Shown here in pieces: positions 1 through 9,900 of a stretch of DNA of 64,000 nucleotides. The stretch comes from Andalucia godoyi And28. Lineage: Eukaryota > Protista > Jakobida. The notes beneath the pieces are model-generated. The model was given only the letters and a program-made list of their open reading frames with translations, was not told the DNA's origin and searched no databases. Made by a program: the position numbers and the translations under genes. The number at the start of each line of letters is the position of its first letter. Positions within the stretch are counted from its first letter, which is position 1. The DNA lies in the NCBI GenBank assembly GCA_009859145.1, contig VRVR01000048.1, positions 177,843 to 241,842 of the forward strand, given 5' to 3'.

Positions 1-2
1 CC

Positions 3-212
3 GCAACCTCCGCGTCAGCTCCTTCCAGTGCTGCTGCGCATGGTGGGGTGCTACGCGAGACTAGCAAAAGTACTCTGCCACCTGCTGCACAGCAAGTGGT
101 TTCTGGAAAGTCAAGCATCTCGAATCTGCGGCCGTCCACGCAGGAGCATCTGCTACGTGCACAAACCAAACTGTCTGCTGTGAACGCTTTCAACAACCCT
201 CCTCGCAAGTAA
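3..212 (+). CDS. 3' end of an unidentified CDS running in from the left edge
   Basis: Open frame from position 3 (ATSASAPSSAAAHGGVLRETSK...NAFNNPPRK) ends in TAA at 210-212, followed by an AT-rich 3' spacer. Confidence 0.55.
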   Translation, partial: ATSASAPSSAAAHGGVLRETSKSTLPPAAQQVVSGKSSISNLRPSTQEHLLRAQTKLSAVNAFNNPPRK

Positions 213-438
213 GTGTGTGCGGCTTTTCTGTTTTATTCATTTTATTTATTTAATAATCTTTATTATTTTTTTAAAAATAAAATAATATTAAATTAATAAA
301 AGAATGAATATTATTATTATTATTTTGTGCGATTTCATTTTTTTGGAGTTGATTTTTCAAACTGTTGCTTGTTTAATTGGGAGAAGCGGCGTCGAGAGGT
401 AGGTCACGCCTCTCTCCCAACACAATAACGCCCCGCTT

Positions 439-1182
439 TCAGAATTCAAACACGAGGACTTCTGCAGCACGGTTCGCGTCGGTTCCCTGGAGCACGAGGC
501 TGTCGAAGCGATCGACAAACGCGCCGTCGCCAGGCTTGAGCTCTGCAGACTCGCCATCCACCGTGAGCTTCGCTCCGCCTCCAATCATCGCCACATGGAC
601 GTACGCCTTTTTCTTTGCCTCCGACGAATCCAGCAGGACCTCGTTGTGCGCGTCGACGATTGTGGCCCACGTTTTCATGTCCTGCAGAATCCGGATGGAG
701 TTGTCCACGAGGTCTTTTCCTTTGCCGCTGACGAGCAGCACAAGCTTGTTTTTCTTTTCCTCGTCGGTCCACGACCTCGTCTCGTAGTATGGAGAGGTTC
801 CCATCGTGTGCGGCTTGACCCAGATCTGCAAGAACCTGAGATCCTTTGAAGGATGCATGTTGAATTCCGAGTGCGTCAATCCCGTTCCAGCATTCGTAAA
901 CTGCACCGCTCCTCTGCCGAGGACCTCTGTATGCCCCATCGAGTCCTTGTGTGTGATTTCTCCATCCAAAATATACGAGAAGATCGCAAAGTTGGAGTGC
1001 GGGTGAGAAGGAAAGCCCTCCTTCGGCGCCACGGTGTCCTCGTTGATCACTCGCAGCGACTCGTATCCCATAAATCGGGGGTCATGCCACGACGCAAAGG
1101 AGAACGAATGGTACGAATCAAGCCATCCGTGGTTCGCATGTCCCCGTTCGTCCGACGCATGAAGTCGAATCTTTACCGTCAT
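439..1182 (-). CDS. Pirin family protein (YhhW-like bicupin)
   Basis: ERGHANHGWLDSYHSFSFA, LRVINEDTV, GFPSHPH, HKDSMG and GLTHSEFN motifs. First in-frame ATG is at 1182; the ORF track starts at a non-ATG codon. Confidence 0.93.
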   Translation of the reverse strand: MTVKIRLHASDERGHANHGWLDSYHSFSFASWHDPRFMGYESLRVINEDTVAPKEGFPSHPHSNFAIFSYILDGEITHKDSMGHTEVLGRGAVQFTNAGTGLTHSEFNMHPSKDLRFLQIWVKPHTMGTSPYYETRSWTDEEKKNKLVLLVSGKGKDLVDNSIRILQDMKTWATIVDAHNEVLLDSSEAKKKAYVHVAMIGGGAKLTVDGESAELKPGDGAFVDRFDSLVLQGTDANRAAEVLVFEF

Positions 1183-1535
1183 CGCTTGCGCTATGGTTCC
1201 TGCTGTGGTTGTTGTCGAGAATCGCCGAGCTGCTGTCGTTAGTCGGAGTATCGTTCTTGCTCGGGAACCCGGTGCGTTTGATGAAGCCCCCCAAATCCCA
1301 AGATTCACGATGATTAAAATAGCAATTATAAACAAAGATGTGTATATATATGCGATGCAAACCAAAAATATATAAAGAAATAATAAAGTAATAAAGAAAA
1401 AACAAAAACAAACACAAAAAACAAAAGAGAAAAAGAGAAAAACTACAAAGACTGGCGCTTATGAAGGCGGAAACAGTCGGGGAAATCGCCGATTTGTCGG
1501 ATATATCAGCAGACAGTGTGACGCTGCATTGTGAC

Positions 1536-4500
1536 TAGTCATGGGGCTAACGTAACGCATGTTAGGCTAACGTGCGATGCTGGCCACAGTTAATCTCCGC
1601 TAACTGGATGAGAGTTGACGCTAACGCCAGGCCGCCAGGCGTCAGCATCGGCGACTTGACGCTGTCTCCCGCCAAAATTCGGCGGGAGCACAAACAACAC
1701 AAATCCCCAAGAGGCCGAGACCCTTATCTTTCGGTTTGGACATTTTGACCTTTCCAATTTCCATGATCATTCTTCTCTTTTCGAGAGCAGTCAAGTGTGT
1801 CTGTTTATCAAGATTTGGGTGTGCCTTGAATATTTCATGTCTAAAACTTCAGAATCTGTTGCTGATCTCAGGGAGAAGGCTCGTCAGATTTTAAAGAATC
1901 GCACTGTTTCTCAACGACAAACTGAACCGTTCGCCTGGTCTTTGCCGATAGTGCGTTGGCATGACAAATACCCGCTGGTTCCAGTTGATACTTCTTCGCG
2001 CTCCTCTCCTGTTTGGAATTTTTTTGGTGTTTCCCCCGAAAATGATTCTGAAATGATCCGTGACAGCAAGGAACATCCAGAAGTTTGTTGTGCACTATGC
2101 GTTTTCAGAATGAGCGAGAAGCCGAAGACGTATCCGTATCTAAAACCGACAACGGACAAGCTTCGAGATCATTTAGAATCGAAACATCTTTCGGACTGGA
2201 AAGCTGTTTCCTCGCCGCAAACAGGCGTCGTACCCTCTATCGGCAACTTCTTTGCCAAGCCTCTGACAAATAGTCGCAAAAAGGAACTCCGTGAAGCCAT
2301 TGTTTATATGATCTGCCATGATATTCAACCTTTGTCTGTTGTGGAGAACAAAGGTTTCAAGCAGCTCCTCGAAATGCTTGAGCCAAGATTTCAAATCCCG
2401 GATCGACAGCATCTGTCACAGACGTTGTTGCCTCAGATTGAAAAGGAGATTCATGATTTTGTCGGCGATTCTCTTTCACAGGAGGCATCAGGAGTTTCTC
2501 TGACGACAGATGGATGGTCGTCGAAAAATGGCCATCATTTTGTTGCAGTGACTGCGCATTTTGTGAATGAGGACTTCCAAATTGTGAATGTTCTGTTGAG
2601 ATGCCTGCCCTCAGGGGAATCCACGGACTCCTTGCGCACAAGCCTTTCCAAATGCCTGGAGGATTATGGAATTCGACATGATGCGATCGTTTCAGTAACG
2701 ACTGATAACGCTGACGTGCAAGTGAACGCCGTTGTGAATGCCAGTCTCCCGCATCTTCGTTGTTTCATCCATACTTTGCAATTAGCAGTCCAAGGATCTC
2801 TTAATAACCGAGTGTGTGATTTCGTCGTTGAAAAGGCCAAGAAAATAATGGAATTCTTCCATCGCAGCAATAAGGCAACTCATGAACTGGTAGAGTATCA
2901 AAAACGAGCCGGCATCGCCTCTCCTCTCACAATCAAAACTGAATGTAAGACGCGATGGAACTCTCTTCTGTATGCGCTTGAACGACTGCTGAAACTGAAA
3001 GACTTCATCGAACTTGTGTTGGTTGCGATCAAGCGTGAAGATCTACGGATGAATTCTGTTGAATGGTCGTTCATTGAATCGTTGCTTCCTGCGTTGCGTC
3101 CTTTCGAACAAGCCACCCGTTGGTTCTCCATGAATCAAGAAACGGTTGCAAGCCTCGTTATTCCGACTGTTAGGACGCTATTCAGTCTCTATCCCGATCA
3201 CGATGAAAGAACGATCCGAGAGCTGCAAGCCAACATGAAGACAGTCGACAAAACTGACGTGATCGACGCATCCATCGCTCCACTGGAGTTTATTTTTGTG
3301 GATGAATCTCTGGACTACGTAGGACCAACTTCCAAAAAATCTCGCAAGAGAAAATCGCAGTGTCCGCAAACGGTTGAAGCAGAAGTTTCATCGGTGACTT
3401 CCGAGTTGTGCAATGCAGCACTTTCTTCAATTCGTTTAGCTTTTGGAAATCACCTAAGGGCGCGTTTGAAAACGTTTCTGGATTCATCGATGCTAAAGAT
3501 GTGCACTCTCCTCGACCCGCGAGTCAAAACAGGGTACATGCCATCGAGCGAAAGACGTGAGGTAGAACGGTTGTTATCTGATTTGTTGCGTCGAGAAGCA
3601 GGATTCGGGAATGATCCCGCTCCGTCTCCAAGGAACAATACTCCACACTCTCCATCCGATGCTTCTCAAAATTTCCGGCTCATAGGTCCGATATTTGAGG
3701 ACGACGAGCATGTATCCAAAGATGCTTTTGAGTCAATTGTCACGTCTTATATGAATCATGCATGTCGTTGGCTTGGTGACGATCTTCCAACGTGGTCTGA
3801 AACGTGGAAATCGCTGCAGTCACTGTTTCCTCAAGTTGCTGCCATAGCCCGCAGATACGGAGGTGTTCAAGCATCCAGCGTGAGCAGTGAGCGTGTGTTC
3901 TCCATTTCTGGATACACAATATCTGACCGACGTCGCCGTCTTCATCCGACCACTGTCAACAGTATGATGCTTATCCACGCAAACTACGATTTTTGCAAGA
4001 CGGACCGCAAAAGAAGGGCAGACGCTGGTTGCGAAGATGCGAGGCCTCCTAAACAGCCTGCAATTTCGCCTTCAGATCCCAGTCCATTGCATCGGAAATG
4101 AGTGAAGAGTATTTTCCAAGACAGGTTTCAGTTATTTAATGAATGTGTGTTTTGCAACATCCTGTAATACGTCCAAAAGAGCAAGGAATGAAATCATTGG
4201 ATTATTTAACATTCATGTCCGGAAGTATATATATCTGTGTACAATAATCGTATGGCGCGAAAAATGAGAACGTCGTCTATAATACCCCTTCGCATATATA
4301 TTACGCAGGACCCACGCACGTCATCACGTTCTCACGATAGCTTGATCCGCGACAAACTGTAATTTGTTTTTTCAAGTGAGACATGAGAGCAACAAGTGGA
4401 GAAATGTGCGTGAAAATGCGTAAATCGTAACACATGTGTGGTTGCCCATGTATCTTCGTCCCTGCACAATGTCGACATCCTGATTTTAAATTCGTAAAGC

Positions 4501-6596
4501 AACAACCGGATCGATATTTTGTATTCCAAATTGCAAATCCCTCGATTCTTCGATTGCAGCGTGCCTCACAACATGTGGCACTCAGGCTCTTAATTGACAC
4601 ACTCTTTTGAACTAACTCACAATTAATCTCCCACTTTGACACATCGAAACAGACAAATTCGATCATGGGTCAGCATACGTTCGCTTGCACTTGCACAAAA
4701 TCGTTCCCACTCCCTCTCCATTTTGCCCCATAGAAGGCATCGTCCCCTTTCTGGCAGGAAATGGCAGATTCCAATATCATACTTCAATGGATCTTGCCAC
4801 AACAATTCCAACACCTTTATTTTTGTCACACAAACAGATTTCTGTGGAAGAACCTCAACGATCATTTTCAGCTCACAACGCACAAAATAGGTCTTGAACG
4901 ACGGTGAGCCACAGGGCACAGAGGCCAAACTGTTCCGGGGAGGTATGGTCGATGGTCACGACGGAAGTGATGGTTGAAAATGCAATCCACTGGATGCCTG
5001 CCGTAGCATTACTCATTGGACAATCCACGGCAGTGTTGTGGCAGCGGATAACTGCTCGGTCGCTTTTTTTGCTTCTTGACTGGTACGCCCACACCAGACG
5101 ATTTCAATTACATTTCCAGTGTAAGGCGTGACAGATTCTTTGGGATACTCTCTTCCGGAGACCTGCAGCCGCGTCGAGAATGGCAAATTCGTGTCTCCTT
5201 TGCAGTATCCGGACACCTTAGGATCAACTCGTCCTACTCCCGGAACAAAGCGAGACGTCCTGCATTTCAGGATGTCACTTATGACTTTCTTTGTTGAAAC
5301 ACTACATTGCGAATACACTAAAAATGCGTTTTGCGACCTGAGCAGTGTTTTCAGATCAAAACGCTCAAATTACAATAATGAATGTTGTCAGTATGGAGGC
5401 ATGGCATGGAGACTTGCGGAAACACTTAAATATCATAAATGCTTCATTAGCGATGCAATGAAAGTAATAGAAGGTCCTTTTTGGCAGCGTCAAGAAGATT
5501 ATGGAGGCCACTGTGAACTGGGTACTGACAGCCAACGAAGCATGTTAATAACGAAGCTGCTGTAAATTGACCTAGTTGTAATATGAAATTGTGAATTGTT
5601 ACGACCCAATTCCAAGTCGATTTTAGCCCCAAAAGCGACAATTTTTGGGTTACAAAGAGATCTTGTTGTGGATGTTGGGCTTATTCGAAATCGCGTCTTG
5701 GTAACGAGGTGTGACAGAAATGTAACAGAAATGCGCGGACATGCAAACTCACTCCGGTCGTCTTAGGGAATTAGCAACCAGCCACAACTACTGCGGTTGT
5801 CAACTTCCAAAATGAAGACTGCTGCCGAGGAGCGGCCGTCTTTCAACGGCTTATTGCATCCTGGAACAATCGGCGTCTCCACTCTCCAGCAGAAAGTCCA
5901 AAGATTTCACAAAGCAGGCTCGGAATCCTTCAGTGACATCCGCGAAAGCATTTGAGTTCAGTGCATTGCACTCCGATTATTGTTCCTAATGACCGACTGC
6001 GTTATACTGAACCGCATGTCTCTTGCTGAATTTAGAATCATAGAACTCAGTTAGTAACTAGAAATTGCTCCTGAAGAAGCGGTCTGTACCCGTCCCTGAG
6101 AGCACAAGATGCGACTCGTACAATTGCAAGAAGGATTCGTATGCACTCGGGGTTGCATCAGAATCAATGCATGGCGCATCTCCTTCGTGAGATGCAGAGA
6201 ATCACTCGAGGAATAAGACCTTCGCTGTGTCGCTCTTTCAACATTCCTAGACGACGCACTGAGCAGACTAGAGAGTGGGTCAGTGGGGTCCTGATTCCTG
6301 ATTCATCCCACATTACACAATACACACCAGTAGTAGAGTGATGTTTACAGTGATATATCCAAGAACAAACGTGCAACAGTACATTTTTTCAGTATGGAAT
6401 ATGGATGCACGGCAGTCAAAATCAATCTCATGTTTCATGATTGCAGGAACAGTGACACCTGGAGGCCCCGACATAACTCCTAAGTCGCTAAACCACCGTA
6501 ATCACGACAGAGCAACGGGCCAACGGCCGTTAACGCGCGTAGTTCATTTCTGTCGTACCTTCAACGGCGCAGTTTTTCAGCGTTACCCCATCACTA
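1536..6596 (+). mobile_element. Full-length hAT DNA transposon (5,061 bp)
   Basis: Left end TAGTCATGGGGCTAACG (1536-) matches the reverse complement of the right end, TAGTGATGGGGTAACG (-6596). Flanked by an exact 8-bp TSD ATTGTGAC (1528-1535 and 6597-6604). GCTAAC subterminal repeats; encloses a hAT transposase. Confidence 0.95.
1837..4101 (+). CDS. hAT transposase (BED zinc finger, DDE core, dimerisation domain), apparently intact
   Basis: BED finger (VWNFF...CALC...HLESKH); TTDGWS, VTTDNA, CFIH, TRWNS and SSVSSERVFS motifs; no stops or frameshifts; ATG at 1837. Confidence 0.95.
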   Translation: MSKTSESVADLREKARQILKNRTVSQRQTEPFAWSLPIVRWHDKYPLVPVDTSSRSSPVWNFFGVSPENDSEMIRDSKEHPEVCCALCVFRMSEKPKTYPYLKPTTDKLRDHLESKHLSDWKAVSSPQTGVVPSIGNFFAKPLTNSRKKELREAIVYMICHDIQPLSVVENKGFKQLLEMLEPRFQIPDRQHLSQTLLPQIEKEIHDFVGDSLSQEASGVSLTTDGWSSKNGHHFVAVTAHFVNEDFQIVNVLLRCLPSGESTDSLRTSLSKCLEDYGIRHDAIVSVTTDNADVQVNAVVNASLPHLRCFIHTLQLAVQGSLNNRVCDFVVEKAKKIMEFFHRSNKATHELVEYQKRAGIASPLTIKTECKTRWNSLLYALERLLKLKDFIELVLVAIKREDLRMNSVEWSFIESLLPALRPFEQATRWFSMNQETVASLVIPTVRTLFSLYPDHDERTIRELQANMKTVDKTDVIDASIAPLEFIFVDESLDYVGPTSKKSRKRKSQCPQTVEAEVSSVTSELCNAALSSIRLAFGNHLRARLKTFLDSSMLKMCTLLDPRVKTGYMPSSERREVERLLSDLLRREAGFGNDPAPSPRNNTPHSPSDASQNFRLIGPIFEDDEHVSKDAFESIVTSYMNHACRWLGDDLPTWSETWKSLQSLFPQVAAIARRYGGVQASSVSSERVFSISGYTISDRRRRLHPTTVNSMMLIHANYDFCKTDRKRRADAGCEDARPPKQPAISPSDPSPLHRK

Positions 6597-6952
6597 ATTG
6601 TGACGCCGCCCTTCCGGATTTTGACGCCGCTCCGAAGCTCCTGCTGCACTTGTCCATCATGTTCCCGACTGCTGAAATTCCGAATTCGGCGCTAAAAAAG
6701 ATTTGCAAAAAAGAAAGGCGAGTTACACTGCTGTAGATCCTCTAAGATGATTCGCTTGTCGACAGGAAGTTGATGGGAGCGACAGATAGGGAGGGTTTTC
6801 CTTTCTAATGATTATTATCATGCTATCAACCCACGTATACACATATATGTGTGTATGTATAAAATTTCCAACTGTTGAAAAATTCAGAGCCATTAGCGTC
6901 TTCATCAAGATTGTTCGACTTGCCAAAAAATAAACTTGATTGTTGTTTGCTG

Positions 6953-9900
6953 ATGCGAAGAATCGTGGTGGCTTGCGCACTTATTTTTTTGATCGTACAC
7001 TTGTCCTGTGCTGCTCATACGCTTGCAGGACTGTCGTGTTCAGCAGGCGAGTTTCTGGATAATTCCGCGGCACCGCCAAAGTGCGTGGGCTGTCCTCCGG
7101 GCTCCATCTCGCAGACTGTGAACGCGTCGTCTTGCACACCTTGCTCTCCCGGGTCGTTTTCACCCTCTCTTGGCTCCAGGAACTGCACGCTCTGTCCGCC
7201 GGGCAGTGTGGCGGCTGCCGGATCGCGGAATTGCACAGCCGGGCCAACGCTCGCGTCGCTCGTGTGGTCGACTGGAGCGCTGTCGCCAGAATTTTCGGCA
7301 AATGCGTTCGCGTATCGCTTGGCTGTGAGTGCACCAACGGCAAACGTGTCGGTGGTTCCGGTCGTAAGTGCGGCAGTCCGTGCAGTAGCTGTCATCAAGG
7401 TGAATGGGAGCATCGTGGAGTCTGGAAAGCGGTCGCGGGAGTTGTCGCTGACTGCGGGAGTGAACGTGTCGGTGCCCATTGAGATTTCGGTAAGCAGCGA
7501 CATGTGGACCAGATACACCGTCACGATCGCTAGAGCGACTTTTGGAACAAGCAAGTTGACGGCGCTTGCAGTCTCCGCGGGCACCCTGACTCCCGTATTT
7601 TCTGCGTACGAATTCAGTTATTCAGTTGCAAGTGTTCCACTGACAGCTGCGAGCGTGACGATCACTCCGACCGCACAGTCAGACTATGCAACAATCAAGG
7701 TCAACAACGTGATTGTCGCTTCTCGCAGTGCCTCGAGCCCACTGTTCCTGTCTGCAGCGAGAGCAATTACAGTAACCGTGAATGTTTCCGTACCGGGCAC
7801 AGTGTGGACATCCTACACCGTCTTCCTCCCAAAACTTCAAGTTCTTGCCAACGAGCTCTTTAATCTCTCGGCGTCAGCCGGGACTTGGAATCCGCAGTTT
7901 TCTCCCAAGGTGTTTGTCTATTCGCTGTCCGTTGCTCCGCAGGTTTCGAACATTACATTTTTACCGCTTGGGCTGACGTCTCGAGTGAATGTGACTGTGA
8001 ATGGCACCAGAATCCCGCATGGTAGTGCATCCCAGGCCGTGCCGCTGATGCTGAGCAACACTGTCGTCGTCAACATTTCCGTCGTGGACATTGGAGTGGC
8101 GCCAAAGTCATACATTGTCTCTGTGTTTCGGCAGCCAGCTCCGCGCAACGCAAGTCTTTCCAGACTCGAGCTCAGCGCAGGAGTTCTTTCTCCTGCTTTC
8201 AACTCATTGATTGTTGCTTATACCGTTGTGATGCCAGTCGACACATCGAACATTACGATCCGACCAACATCGTTTAGTCTCAGTACGCGGATATGGGTGA
8301 ACAATTCGTTGGTTGTGTCGGGTTCTCAGTCCGCGGAAATACCAGTTCCTTTTGGTCAACAAATGCTGGTAGTCGTGCGACTCCAAGACGGGGATCTGCT
8401 GCGTTCGTACAACCTCAGCATCCTTCGTCCCGGTGTGACGGTGATCTATCCGCGAAGAGATACTTCCTTTGTCTCTGGTCAGTTCATCTATGTACGCTGG
8501 AACTCGCTGTTATTGTCGAACACAGATGCTCTCCAAGTTGTGTTTTTCAGTCCTCAGAATCGTGCTGGCGACGTTGTTGCCTCTCGTGTGCCGTCCGGAA
8601 TCACCAGCTTTCCGCTCCGCATTCCTCTCGCGATCGTCCCCGGGTCGCAGTTTACAATTGGGGTGCGGTTGAACAACAACACCAGCACTCAGGGCCTTTC
8701 GACAGGAACATTTTCTGTCGTGGCGCAAAATCCCACAAAGTATGTTTATGTGAGCTCACCCGCTCCGTTTACTCGTTTTGGAATCTGGAATGGTCCGTAC
8801 CGAGTCTCGTGGACAATCCTGAACTGCAATGCCCTTGACACCGTCTCAATATCTCTACGCGACACTCTGAACAATTTCGCACTGGTTCAGATGCTGGCGC
8901 AGTACGTTCCCGCGTCGCTGCTGTCTACAGAGCTGAGACTGACTTCCACAACCGGTATTGCTGTGAATTCGGATCGATATGAGATGCACATCACACTGGA
9001 TGGGGCTGCCAGCTCGGATGCAGTACCAGTTTCGTTCGCATTCAGTGCCCCCATCGTTTCTTCATTGTCCATCTTGTACCCTCGAGACTCCACGAGCTGG
9101 GTAGTCGGCGACGTCTGGGGCGTCGAGTGGGCTTCCACTGGTCTGAGTGAGAGTGAGACAGTGTCCTTCTTTCTATATCTTCCAGCCAATGCCTCCCTGC
9201 TGTGGCGACTGTCGACCCCATCTTTGGTGTTCGCTTCCGTCGGCTATCAGGGCCTCAGAGTCACTCAGGGGGGGTCTGTTGCGTTGGGCGGTCCGTACCG
9301 CCTCCGAATGGTTGGTTCCTCCGGCGTGACAGCAGATGCCTTGGCTGATGTGTTCCTTGTCAGTTCTGCCACGCTGCCGTCTGCTACCATTATTTCGGCG
9401 TCTCCCGAGTCAACATCGTCCGTTTCTGTTCTCTTGGGATCTGCAGCGGGTGTCCTGGCATCGTCCAAGATTGTCGAGCTGTTTCGGAATGCTCTCTGTG
9501 CAGGCACTGCGTTGTCGAGTCAGATTCTAGGGCCATCCACATGGACAGCAAGGTTTCGCAATTTATCATCGGGTACCACACATTCCGTACGTGCAAGGTA
9601 CACTTCTATTTCCGGCGGCACTTCTCCTCTTTCAAGTTGTGTGGCCGTTTCGACGAATCTGGCCAGCAGTTTCTTTCCGAGCATTCGACTGTTGCATCCG
9701 ATCGCGGGTCACTCGTACTTTTACACGGAGACGTCCTCCGTCATTCAGGCGCAGTCGATGGATATTCGCGTGCTCGTTTCTGGCCCCCAAAGCGTGTACA
9801 CCGTCTCTGCGATGTTGCAGACAGTGTCAGGAAGGGCGGTGCGCACATTGTTCGCAACATGTTCTACATCCTCCGAGTGTCTGATCGGGTCCGTGAAGTG

